Shown here: positions 1-8,424 of the stretch, piece after piece
Layout of the letters: each line of letters starts with the position of its first letter
Numbering within the stretch: the first letter of the stretch is position 1
Program-made: the position numbers and the translations under genes
NCBI GenBank assembly: GCA_046498225.1
Contig: JAWOBF010000124.1
Coordinates: 1-12,270, forward strand
Reading direction: 5' to 3'
DNA length: 12,270 nucleotides
DNA from: Candidatus Aegiribacteria sp.
GTDB lineage: Bacteria; Fermentibacterota; Fermentibacteria; Fermentibacterales; JCC-6
Notes under the pieces: model-generated
Databases searched by the model: none
Told to the model about the DNA's origin: nothing
What the model saw: the letters and a program-made list of their open reading frames with translations, nothing else

Positions 1-633
1 TATGGCGGCGCGGCCGGGCTTCGGGCGTTCCTGTCGCGGATCCTGCTTTGGCGCGCGTCCGCGGGATGGGTCGCCTTCATCCTGCTCGGTCTGCCGCTGG
101 TATTCGTCGCAGGCTCGCTCATCAAGGGCGGCCCGGTGCTGGCGCCGCTGCCGCCCGAAGGCGCCGGGGCGGTGGTCGCGGTCATGTTCATGATGCTTTT
201 TCTGGGGCCGATCGAGGAGTTCGGATGGCGCGGTGTCCTGCAGCCCCTGCTGCAGCGTCGCATCGCCCCGTTCTGGGCGGGCGCGCTGATCGGGGCGATA
301 TGGGGAATCTGGCACCTTCCGGTATTTTTCCTCGCGGGCACCGTATTCGGCGGCTGGAATTTCCTGCCCTTCTTCGCCGGCAACGTGGTGCTCGCCGTGC
401 TCGTGACACCGATCCTCAACCGCACGGGCGGGAGCCTTCTGTGGCCGATGCTGTTCCACTGGCAGCTCATCAACCCGTTCTGGCCCGATGCCCAGCCATG
501 GGACACCTGGATCCTCGCTGTCGTGGCGGTGATAATCGTCTGGTGGAACCGCGACACGATGTTCACCCGCGAGGGTGCGGTGACAGAGGTCATCCCGGCC
601 TCCGGCAGCGGCGTCCTGCGCGAGGCGGGGTGA
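1..633 (+). CDS. CPBP family (CAAX protease/Abi) intramembrane glutamic endopeptidase, 5'-truncated by window edge
   Basis: Frame is open from base 1 (YGGAAGLRAFLSRILLW...). Contains the EExxxR motif (GPIEEFGWRG), WGIWHLP and MLFHWQLIN motifs and several hydrophobic helices. Stop TGA at 631-633. Confidence 0.9.
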   Translation, partial: YGGAAGLRAFLSRILLWRASAGWVAFILLGLPLVFVAGSLIKGGPVLAPLPPEGAGAVVAVMFMMLFLGPIEEFGWRGVLQPLLQRRIAPFWAGALIGAIWGIWHLPVFFLAGTVFGGWNFLPFFAGNVVLAVLVTPILNRTGGSLLWPMLFHWQLINPFWPDAQPWDTWILAVVAVIIVWWNRDTMFTREGAVTEVIPASGSGVLREAG

Positions 634-801
634 ACTCCTTGCGGGCGCCATCGGAACACTCCTGTCATTCGCGGTCGCGGCCCCGCTGCTCCCAACGTGA
701 GGGGAACCTCCTTCCGGAACGCCCGCGGAATAGGTAGATTCCGGCATCGATTCATTTCTTGAATCAAAAGGAGGATCCGTGGAATTTCTCGAGGACAGCT
801 T

Positions 802-1731
802 ATGGACCGTCACTGCATCCATGTAGAGGGGCTCACCAAAACCTACGGCGACCTCACCGCTGTGGACGGTATCTCCTTCGATGTCCACCGGGGCGAAATA
901 CTTGGCATTCTCGGCCCCAACGGCTCCGGCAAGACAACCACCCTCAAGTCCATACTGGGCCTCATCTACTTCGATGAAGGCACGGTTACCGTAGAGAACA
1001 TGGACATAAGGACCCGGAGGAAGGACATACTCAGGAAGACCGGAGCGGTCCTGGAAGGGGCAAGGAACATCTACTGGTACCTCTCCCCCAGGGAGAACCT
1101 CTCGTACTTCGCCGGCATCCGCGGCATTTCCAGAAGCGTCGGGAGGAAAAGGTCCGAGCAGCTCCTGGAGAGCCTTGGCCTCTCCGACGTGTCGGACAAG
1201 CCCATAAGGGAGTTCTCCTCCGGCATGAAGCAGAAGTGCTCCCTGGCGTGCGCCTTCGTTCACGACCCGGACATACTTCTGCTGGACGAGCCCACGCTGG
1301 GCCTGGACGTGGAGGTAGGGCTCTCCATAAGGAACTGGCTGAGGGAGACAGTCTCGGGCGGGAACAGGACCATACTGATAACCTCCCACGACATGGCCTT
1401 CATGGAAAGCATCTGCGACAGGATACTGATAATCCGCAGGGGTGAGATAATCTCCCACGAAACGGTGGACTCGCTGAAGAGGAAGTTTTCGAGGACCTGC
1501 CTCCAGCTCACCCTGGACGAAGCCCCCTCGCCGAAGCTGCTGGAGGAGCTGGGCAGGGCCTGCGGCCTCTCGCTGGACGGAGCGACCCTCACCATGGACC
1601 TCCCCTCCCCCGATTCCCTCCTCGAGGTGCTTCAGGCCGTCAGGGACGGCGGACGCTCCATCAGTGCCTTCAGGACCGTGGAGAGCAGCCTGGAGGATAT
1701 CTTCCTGGACCTGATAAGGGAGGAGCGGTGA
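802..1731 (+). CDS. ABC transporter ATP-binding protein (ABC-2/DrrA-like exporter)
   Basis: Walker A GPNGSGKTT, signature FSSGMKQK, Walker B LLLDEPT, H-loop TSHD, C-terminal SLEDIFL. GAGGA RBS upstream. Confidence 0.95.
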   Translation: MDRHCIHVEGLTKTYGDLTAVDGISFDVHRGEILGILGPNGSGKTTTLKSILGLIYFDEGTVTVENMDIRTRRKDILRKTGAVLEGARNIYWYLSPRENLSYFAGIRGISRSVGRKRSEQLLESLGLSDVSDKPIREFSSGMKQKCSLACAFVHDPDILLLDEPTLGLDVEVGLSIRNWLRETVSGGNRTILITSHDMAFMESICDRILIIRRGEIISHETVDSLKRKFSRTCLQLTLDEAPSPKLLEELGRACGLSLDGATLTMDLPSPDSLLEVLQAVRDGGRSISAFRTVESSLEDIFLDLIREER

Positions 1732-2492
1732 GGCTATTCAACCTGGCAGTCTCCGAGGCCCTGATGGTCTTCTGGACCATGAAGAGGTACTTCTTCAACA
1801 CCCTGGCAGGCATGGGGGTGATGTTCCTCATATTCATGGGCATGTTCTGGGGGCTTAAGACGGTGGGAGGCCAGGAGGTCACGGAGGATGCCCTGGACGC
1901 GATGCTGGTCGGCTACATCCTGTGGATGAGCGCGATGATGGCCATGCAGAGCACGGGCAACGAGATACTCAACGAGTCCCAGCAGGGCACCCTGGAGCAG
2001 CTCTACCTCTCTCCTCTGGGCGCCCACACGGTGTTCTTCTTCCGCTCCATCATCAACATGGTCTTCAACTTCGTGTTCGTAACGGTCCTGCTCTACCTCT
2101 CCATGGCGGCCACGGGGAGGTGGTTTCCCGTTAACCTGCCCTACCTCTACGGCATGGTGGTGCTCTGCACCGTGTCCCTGGCGGGAATAAGCTTCATGCT
2201 GGGCGGGCTGGGCCTTATACACAAGCGCATCCAGGCGGTGAACGGCATCCTCTCCTTCGGCCTCATAGGTCTGATGATGCTGCCCACCTATCCTTTCAGA
2301 CTCACCTCCCTCCTGCCATTCATAGCCGGCGCGGAGGTGGTGAGGAACACGGTGGTAAGGGGAACATCCTACCCCTTCCACTGGTACCTCTTCATAGCCG
2401 CCAACAGCCTGGTCTATCTCTTCGCGGGTCTCTTCATCTTCAGGCTCCTGGAGAAGAAGGCCATGCGCATGAACAAGATGGGCCAGTACTAG
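1728..2492 (+). CDS. ABC-2 type transporter permease
   Basis: 254 aa with about 6 hydrophobic segments and the ExxxGTLEQLYLSP motif. GTGA start/stop overlap with the ATPase. Confidence 0.9.
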   Translation: MRLFNLAVSEALMVFWTMKRYFFNTLAGMGVMFLIFMGMFWGLKTVGGQEVTEDALDAMLVGYILWMSAMMAMQSTGNEILNESQQGTLEQLYLSPLGAHTVFFFRSIINMVFNFVFVTVLLYLSMAATGRWFPVNLPYLYGMVVLCTVSLAGISFMLGGLGLIHKRIQAVNGILSFGLIGLMMLPTYPFRLTSLLPFIAGAEVVRNTVVRGTSYPFHWYLFIAANSLVYLFAGLFIFRLLEKKAMRMNKMGQY

Positions 2493-2525
2493 AACCGGGT
2501 TCCACCATCTAGAGGCAACTTGCGT

Positions 2526-2610
2526 TGAAACACCTGGCGCTTATGATGCATCCATGAAGGACAGTCCGGCGGGACGCAGGCTGATGCCCGGAGCGGCAGC
2601 TTCTTGATGC
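2526..2610 (+). repeat. Possible highly degenerate copy (E) of the intergenic element
   Basis: TGAAACA..GCGCTTATGATGCAT..GGACAGT resembles TGAAACATGCGGTTATGAAGCAT..GGAC(A/G)GT of copies A/B. CAGCTTCTTGATGC (2597-2610) matches CAGTTTCCTGTTGC of B/D at 11/14. Confidence 0.4.
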
Positions 2611-2694
2611 GGGTTGGGGTACCGGAGAATTCGCGGCTCCCGATGAATAACCGGAAGATTAAAGCACCTCGCCGGGGGAAAGGGGGGATGAGGA

Positions 2695-3375
2695 ATGAAC
2701 TCGAAAACCGGCAGTGAAAAGATATCGAGGGTTCCCAGGAGCAAGAGGCAGGCAAAGGAGAGTTACGACAGGATAAGTGGATTCTACGATTACTTCGCCG
2801 GAATATTCGAAAGAAAGTACAAGGATACGGCGCTGGACCGATTGAGCGTTGCCGAGGGGGAAACGGTCCTGGAGATAGGTTTTGGAACCGGGCACTGTCT
2901 GAAGCGGATAGCCGGGCTGGTGGGAGATACTGGAAAGGCTTGCGGCATTGATATCTCCTCCGGAATGCTGGAAGAAACCAGGAAAAAGCTCGAAAAGGCC
3001 GGATTAATCCACAGGGTCGAGCTTCACCGCGGGGACGCGGCGGAGATGCCCTTCCATGATGACAGCTTCGATGCCGTTTTCAGCAGCTTCACTCTCGAAC
3101 TGTTTGACACACCCGAGATCCCTATGGTTCTTGGCGAGATCAAGAGGGTTCTAAGCCCGGGGAGCAGATTCGGGGTCGTAAGCCTTTCAAAGGAGGACGG
3201 CGATTCCATTCCGGTGAAACTCTACGAGTGGGTTCATCGGAAATTCCCCGAATATGTCGACTGCAGGCCTATCTATGTTGAGCGGTCGCTCACGGATGCG
3301 GGGTTCGGAATAGAACACGGGGAGAGAGCTGAGATGTTCGGTTTGCCCCTGGAGATCGTGGTTGCCGGGATATGA
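2695..3375 (+). CDS. Class I SAM-dependent methyltransferase (UbiE/MenG-like)
   Basis: Motif I VLEIGFGTG, GIDISSGML, GDAAEMPF..FDAV, EIKRVLSPG. Purine-rich RBS before the ATG at 2695. Confidence 0.9.
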   Translation: MNSKTGSEKISRVPRSKRQAKESYDRISGFYDYFAGIFERKYKDTALDRLSVAEGETVLEIGFGTGHCLKRIAGLVGDTGKACGIDISSGMLEETRKKLEKAGLIHRVELHRGDAAEMPFHDDSFDAVFSSFTLELFDTPEIPMVLGEIKRVLSPGSRFGVVSLSKEDGDSIPVKLYEWVHRKFPEYVDCRPIYVERSLTDAGFGIEHGERAEMFGLPLEIVVAGI

Positions 3376-3379
3376 CGAT

Positions 3380-3460
3380 GACTACGCCCGGAACCGGTAG
3401 GACGTCCTTGCCCGGGAGGACTGGATACCCCCGCTTTCACTGATGCCCGAAATGGAAGGC
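3380..3460 (+). repeat. Possible internally deleted fragment (F) of the intergenic element
   Basis: GACTACG (3380), GACGTCCT, CCCGGGAGGA (3411-3420, identical to 4810-4819), TACCC and ATGGAAGG (3452-3459) occur in the same order as in copy A. Confidence 0.3.
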
Positions 3461-3557
3461 ACTTGAGGATGAAAGCTCCGGCGAAGTTCGAATGCAACTC
3501 CGCACAGATTCTCGGGTATAGCGTAATGAGGTCTTTCCGAGCGGTTCTTCATGCGAG

Positions 3558-4595
3558 ATGAACGGGGTTGAAAAAGTGAGACTAACGGTATTGACGGCAT
3601 TGGCGCTGGTACTCTTCATACCATTGACCTCCGGCGGAAACGGATACGGCGAGTACCCTTCTCCGCTTGCCTGGTCACCCTTCGATGACATTCTGCTCTG
3701 TTCCCTTAAGGACCATCTGATGATATGGGAACCGAATCAAGGGGAGAAGATCCTTCTCCAGGGAGAGACCATGTCACCTTCCTTCTCCGCCGGTGGAGAG
3801 TACGCGGCGTTCGTTGCCAATTCGACCATTTACTGCTTTCAGGTGGACCGTTCGATTTCCCTGCGGGAGCTTGTTCACGCAGGCAGGGCCCATGCTCTGG
3901 ATTTCGATACCGGCGGAGGTGCGGCGAATCCCGCCCTGTGCTATACCCGGGACTTCCTGGGCAGCCGGCTCCATGCCACAACACTGGGAGCAGGCGAAGT
4001 ATTCACTCTCCTGCCTGAAAGAGCCGACCTGCGGCTGAGTTCTCCCGTGGTATCCCCGGACGGGAAGAACATAGCATGCGTCCGATTCGGTGCCGCTCCC
4101 GGCTGGTGGGAGGAACTCTTCCTGGTTGGAGACGCGGCCACCGAAGGCGGCAGGGCAAGGGCGGATTCCAGCTGCGAAGGCGGTTCCCAGTGGCACGAAT
4201 CCAGCCCCTCCTGGATCTCCAGCGATTCCCTGGTCTTCCAGATGGGCGGCTGGGGAGAATGGGACCTCTTCATTCTGGACGTCTACACGGGGGAGGACTC
4301 TCTGTTCATCGAGAACGGGCGTCAGCCGTCAGCGGCCCTGGAGGGAAGACTCGTTGCTTTCACCAGGCGTGATACCTTCGGAGGAGCGGACGGGACCCCC
4401 ATGTGGGAGATTGCAACCTCCGTATGGATAGTTGACAGGCACACCGGCTACACCGTTCAGGCTTCACCGGACGGGATCTGCGCGAAACACCCGTCCATAT
4501 CGCCCGAAGGTGAATACATCGCCTGGATCGAACTCCATGGAGAAAATGAGGTTCTTGCCGTACATCGTCTTGAGGAGTTCGTATCCCTGCACTGA
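3558..4595 (+). CDS. Exported TolB-like/PD40 beta-propeller protein
   Basis: N-terminal signal-like hydrophobic stretch. PD40-like repeats AWSPFDD, SPSFSAGG, SPVVSPDGKNIA, HPSISPEGEYIAW. Confidence 0.8.
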   Translation: MNGVEKVRLTVLTALALVLFIPLTSGGNGYGEYPSPLAWSPFDDILLCSLKDHLMIWEPNQGEKILLQGETMSPSFSAGGEYAAFVANSTIYCFQVDRSISLRELVHAGRAHALDFDTGGGAANPALCYTRDFLGSRLHATTLGAGEVFTLLPERADLRLSSPVVSPDGKNIACVRFGAAPGWWEELFLVGDAATEGGRARADSSCEGGSQWHESSPSWISSDSLVFQMGGWGEWDLFILDVYTGEDSLFIENGRQPSAALEGRLVAFTRRDTFGGADGTPMWEIATSVWIVDRHTGYTVQASPDGICAKHPSISPEGEYIAWIELHGENEVLAVHRLEEFVSLH

Positions 4596-4613
4596 CCTCG
4601 TTCATTACATTTT

Positions 4614-5037
4614 CGGACCGGTCGGGACGGATCCCGCATCGCCAGCTATTTCTCCGATGCCGGTATGGTGGGGGCATTACGCATACCGATCAGCCACAGC
4701 TCCCCGGCCGTCCCCGCAGCAGCCGGAACCCGTCCGCGAGCCTGGCAGACTACGTCCCATGGCAGATGACGTTCCTGAGACAGAGGTTGGGTGAAACGGG
4801 TCTCTCGACCCCGGGAGGATAGCTGTACCCTGGGAGCATGGTTATGAAACAATATTGGTTTCCATCCAACCTTGACTGGACGATTCCGCTCCGGTATCCT
4901 GCTTTCAGGAGCGAGATTAACGAAACTGAATGAAAAGTGCGGTAATGAAGCATGATCATTGGACAGTTCATGGAAGGAGTTCCTCCTGTCAATCGCTTAT
5001 TAGCCTTCCAACCTGCTTAATCCAGATTTCCATCTTG
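4614..5037 (+). mobile_element. Copy A: decayed IS91-family-like transposase 3' end plus downstream promoter/ori region
   Basis: 4748-4793 aligns with 9873-9919 (about 36/47, six synonymous third-position changes). 4870-4977 aligns with 12101-12208 (core 46/51). Eroded reading RIASYFSD../HYAYRSATAPRPSP../DDVPETEVG*. The terminal motif is degenerate (4978-4990 or AATCCAGATTTCC at 5019). Boundaries are approximate and the family call is inference. Confidence 0.55.
4872..4900 (+). promoter_or_regulatory. Putative sigma70 promoter inside element copy A
   Basis: TTGACT (4872-4877), 17 nt spacer, TATCCT (4895-4900). Confidence 0.5.
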
Positions 5038-5129
5038 TCGGCATATCCGTTGAGCCCCGCGAAGCTTACGGTAACGTATGCGCTATAGAATTCGCCGGCG
5101 CCTTTTTTGACAGCCTCTGATCATCTTCA

Positions 5130-5158
5130 TTGCCTGATAAGTATAGGTCGATTATCAT
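5130..5158 (+). promoter_or_regulatory. Putative sigma70 promoter with overlapping inverted repeat
   Basis: TTGCCT (5130-5135), 17 nt spacer, TATCAT (5153-5158). Inverted repeat TGATAA-N11-TTATCA (5135-5157). Located about 40 nt before the ATG at 5197. Confidence 0.45.
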
Positions 5159-5196
5159 CGCAATTGAAAGTTAACGTTCGTACATGGAGGCAAACA

Positions 5197-7059
5197 ATGA
5201 AATATCTCAGCATGTTGGTTCTTTTTTCGATGTCTGTGCTAATGCTGGCATCGGAAACTGTTCTGGTTGATCTGCCAGAAGGGCTTACGGACGTAAGACC
5301 GGAAATAGAGGAGGTCGTTCACAGGATAGGAAACCTTGGCTCGCTCCTGGTCAACGTCGGTTTATGGGGTGACCCCTGGGGGGATTCTCTTTCCATGGAA
5401 TGGCCAATCGACTCAGAAAACAATTACCTCTGGAGCGGAGATTTCTGGTCCTGCTGCTACGGCAACATCACACCACAGGATTCAGCAGCCAGGTACGCCA
5501 GCTGCAGCGATTACGGAGAATGGGAACTAATACCCAGCGAAGGCTGGCCTCTTCTGTACGAAACACCAGGAGGGATCGCTCCAGAGCAGTCTCAGTACGG
5601 AGCGGATGACTGGGAGACTACAGCGAATTACTATCCATATGGTCTTGGAGTATTCGTGCAGAACTACTCCTGGGATAATGCAGGTTACGATAATTTCATC
5701 GCCGCGCATATAGCTGTCACGCACCACAGCGAGCACGGCAATCCGGGAGTTCAGCTTGAGGGTTTGCTTGTGGCTGTCAAAGGCGACTGCGATGTCGCTT
5801 CCGCAGATGAAGTGGAACCCCACCTCGACGATATGGTCTACTACGACGGGCACGCCATCTGGTGCAACGACCCGGAAGCAACATTCGAGTACCAGTTTGA
5901 CGATGGTGATATGGCAAGCACTCAGGACGATTACACTTATCAGCAGAATCCCGACAATCCTCTTCCGCCGGGTGATCCTGAGAACATTTACTATTACTAC
6001 AATTACTCAGGCAGCGACGGAATTCCTGACAACGACGTGGACCAGAACGGCGTAAGCGATCACTTCACCATCCTGGCGAAGGTTACAGGGGGCGACACAC
6101 TTTATATCACCGATCCCGGATCGGGCGTTACCCTGTTCAATGAAGGGATGCCGGAAAACTACTTCAACCACACCGTTGGAGATACTACTTTCCTTGTGGT
6201 ACCCAGGAACCTCAGCTACATGTGGGACAGTGACGATTCGACTTCAGCCGATGACGATTCCGGAGAACCGCTGCTTACTCCCTACTGCAACGGCTTCATC
6301 GGATGGAGGCTTCTTGACATCTGGATCGTGAAGGAAGGCGGCGGAGTTGAAAGGCCCTGTGACGTTTACGGCAGTCCAATTCCCATAAGCCACTGCTGGT
6401 GGAACTGGGAATCTGATCCGGGCACCGACTTCGAGATTTACCGTTACATGTGGGGCAAGAATGCAGATTCTGTCGGGACTTACAGTGGCCCGACCTACAT
6501 GGCTGACTGGGTGGGCAATCCGAATACTCCGGACGCAATGCAGCCGATCAACGCCGGCCCTTTCCCCTTCGTCTTCGATGCTCCTGTTAATCTCGGCTAC
6601 CCTGCCTTCGACTACAGGTTCCTGCAGTCGGTGGGTCCTGTGGAGCTGGCCGACGGAGATACGCTTCACGTTATAGGCGGCTGGGTGATGGGCCTGGGCC
6701 TTGACGGTCTTCGAATGAACGCGGATCTGATGCTTGACGCTTACTGGAGGGATGGCTTCTGGGGTGATGGCCTGAGAGTTGAAGCAAAAGACAATGTCTT
6801 CACAACTGAGATGTCGATCTCCCCCAACCCCGTAACATCCATCGCTTCGATCAGCCTTAATCTTGCTTATCCGGGAAGGGTAAGTGTAAATGTATACGAT
6901 CTTTCAGGAAGGGTAGTAGATTCGCTGGCGGATACTGAGCTACCCGAAGGGGAGAATACACTGAATCTGGATGCATCAAATTACGAGACAGGTGTCTATT
7001 TCGTGAGAGCCAGCACTGAAGGCGGTACAGCAACCACCAGATTCCTGGTCCTGAACTGA
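5197..7059 (+). CDS. Secreted acidic protein with T9SS type A (Por) C-terminal sorting domain
   Basis: GGAGG RBS at 5186-5190 before ATG 5197. Signal peptide MKYLSMLVLFSMSVLMLA. C-terminus ISPNPV...VNVYDLSGRVV...GVYFVRA...TTRFLVLN is a typical CTD. The body is D/G/Y/W-rich. Confidence 0.85.
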   Translation: MKYLSMLVLFSMSVLMLASETVLVDLPEGLTDVRPEIEEVVHRIGNLGSLLVNVGLWGDPWGDSLSMEWPIDSENNYLWSGDFWSCCYGNITPQDSAARYASCSDYGEWELIPSEGWPLLYETPGGIAPEQSQYGADDWETTANYYPYGLGVFVQNYSWDNAGYDNFIAAHIAVTHHSEHGNPGVQLEGLLVAVKGDCDVASADEVEPHLDDMVYYDGHAIWCNDPEATFEYQFDDGDMASTQDDYTYQQNPDNPLPPGDPENIYYYYNYSGSDGIPDNDVDQNGVSDHFTILAKVTGGDTLYITDPGSGVTLFNEGMPENYFNHTVGDTTFLVVPRNLSYMWDSDDSTSADDDSGEPLLTPYCNGFIGWRLLDIWIVKEGGGVERPCDVYGSPIPISHCWWNWESDPGTDFEIYRYMWGKNADSVGTYSGPTYMADWVGNPNTPDAMQPINAGPFPFVFDAPVNLGYPAFDYRFLQSVGPVELADGDTLHVIGGWVMGLGLDGLRMNADLMLDAYWRDGFWGDGLRVEAKDNVFTTEMSISPNPVTSIASISLNLAYPGRVSVNVYDLSGRVVDSLADTELPEGENTLNLDASNYETGVYFVRASTEGGTATTRFLVLN

Positions 7060-7231
7060 CGGGTCCGGCGCTGGATAACAGGTGCCCATCTATATCTACC
7101 GTAGCTTTCACTTCGCCCGGGGTCCCATGCTGTGGCGCGATCTTTACCTTCGGGCCAGGATATCCATGCCGGTTCCAGGTTTCGTGATCATCGGAAACCG
7201 GTTCAGGGCGGGAACCGAACTGCTTTACTAC

Positions 7232-7431
7232 CTGGTACCCTCACGCCGCGGGTTCTGTCTCACAATATTGGCGGGAGCCCACTGGCGCCGGATGTGGCCC
7301 GAGGATATTATTGTTATTCTCCAGCCGTACTAAGGCATGGACAGGCCCGCATCGGACTGGACCCGGGACTGGAGCACATGATAGTCACAGTGACGGACAA
7401 CACCGTCACCGGAAGGATTCGGAAAATGCAC
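7232..7431 (+). repeat. Possible degenerate copy (G) of the intergenic element
   Basis: GTACCCT..GGTTxTG..ACAATATTGG (7235-7271) parallels 4825-4858. TATTAT at 7306 sits where the -10 lies in copy A. A perfect hairpin at 7390-7409 is followed by GGAAGG and AAATGCAC (compare AAATCCAC in copy C). Confidence 0.4.
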
Positions 7432-7482
7432 GAGTTCACGGGACCCCGAGCTGGTTTAAGCCTGACGGTGCTGTTCTAGGAT

Positions 7483-8424
7483 GTGTCCATGCTGAAGCCG
7501 CCGGCTCTTTCCAGAAACTGCTGCGGAATTCTGGCCGGGGTCATGACCCTGCTCCTGGCGGCCGTTCTGCAGAGCTGCACGGACGGATCCCCGGGGCCGG
7601 TAACCTCAATGTATCAGTACCGGGACACACGGAATCTGGTTTCCTTCGTCTGGAGCGCCGCCCGTTCTCTTGAGGTGGAAGGTGAGGAGGGAATTCAGCT
7701 GTTTCGCCGGAACCGGGACGATTATCGCACCGGGGATTACTATCTGTACGTATACGATCTGGATGCAAATGTTCTCTTTCATGCCGGAATGCCCTATCTG
7801 GAGGGAAGGAACATGGGGAATATGGAGGACCACAGAGGCAGGAACATTCAGAACATGATCATTGAGGCCCTGGCGGACAGCGGCAACCCCCATGGCTGGG
7901 TTCACTACACATGGTGGGAGCCGGACGGATTCTTTCCCGTTCCCAAGTCCTCGTGCCACTTCCCTGTATCCACCGGCCGTGGTGAGGATATCATCGTCGG
8001 AGGCGGTATGGACTACCCCCACGAGGAAAGGGAGTTCATTCGCATTGTCGTGGACAACGCCGCTTCCAGACTTCACGAGGAAGGCCTCGAGGCGCTGGAA
8101 CTTATAGCCGATCCGGCATCTGTCTATTCCTATAGGGAAGTGAAGGTCTTCGTATTCACCGTAGATTCCATCCTGGTCTCTCCGGTTCTTGGAGGCAGTT
8201 CCGTGGACCTTGACCTGATGACGGTGAGTGACACCGCCGGGAACAGGCCCTTTGCCATGGCCGTTGCCAGGCTTGAGGGTGATTCGGGAGTCTGGCAGGC
8301 CTTCCTTGTCCGGAATCGGTACAGCAGGATACCGGCGAAGAAAGTTCTCTATCTCAGGAGGGTTATCGTATATCCGGACACCCTGTACGTGGGAGCCGTA
8401 ACCGACCTGCCGGAAGCGCCGTGA
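7483..8424 (+). CDS. Cache domain-containing lipoprotein (two Cache-like domains, no signalling output)
   Basis: Hydrophobic leader ending in lipobox LQS-C. First domain YLYVYDLD..HAGMPYLEGRNM..DHRG..GWVHYTW..PKSS; second domain VFVF..DTAGNRPF..AKKVLYLRRV..YVGA. Start is GTG 7483 or ATG 7489. Confidence 0.8.
   Translation: MSMLKPPALSRNCCGILAGVMTLLLAAVLQSCTDGSPGPVTSMYQYRDTRNLVSFVWSAARSLEVEGEEGIQLFRRNRDDYRTGDYYLYVYDLDANVLFHAGMPYLEGRNMGNMEDHRGRNIQNMIIEALADSGNPHGWVHYTWWEPDGFFPVPKSSCHFPVSTGRGEDIIVGGGMDYPHEEREFIRIVVDNAASRLHEEGLEALELIADPASVYSYREVKVFVFTVDSILVSPVLGGSSVDLDLMTVSDTAGNRPFAMAVARLEGDSGVWQAFLVRNRYSRIPAKKVLYLRRVIVYPDTLYVGAVTDLPEAP

Noticed and set aside
2695..3375. Gene symbol ubiE/menG
   Set aside because: Only generic class I methyltransferase motifs are present and there is no quinone-pathway context.
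3440..3475. Hammerhead ribozyme (CTGATG...GAAA)
   Set aside because: The core reads CTGATGC rather than CTGANGA, and I could not build the three stems.
4636..4688. Tandem hairpins GCATCG/CGATGC and CGGTATG/CATACCG as a terminator
   Set aside because: Long loops, no U-tract, and they lie within the putative transposase remnant.
4432..4794. 120-aa ORF as a functional gene
   Set aside because: Its 5' half overlaps the PD40 gene. Only its 3' end is meaningful, as a frameshifted remnant.
5080..5108. Rho-independent terminator before the T6 run
   Set aside because: The stem is too short or loopless (CGCCGGCG) to be convincing.
5107..5196. Longer N-terminus for the T9SS-domain protein (TTG 5107)
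   Set aside because: ATG 5197 has a GGAGG RBS and begins a clean signal peptide. The upstream region holds a promoter candidate.
7082..7479. Short ORFs 7082-7333 and 7132-7479
   Set aside because: No RBS or motifs, and they overlap a probable non-coding element remnant.
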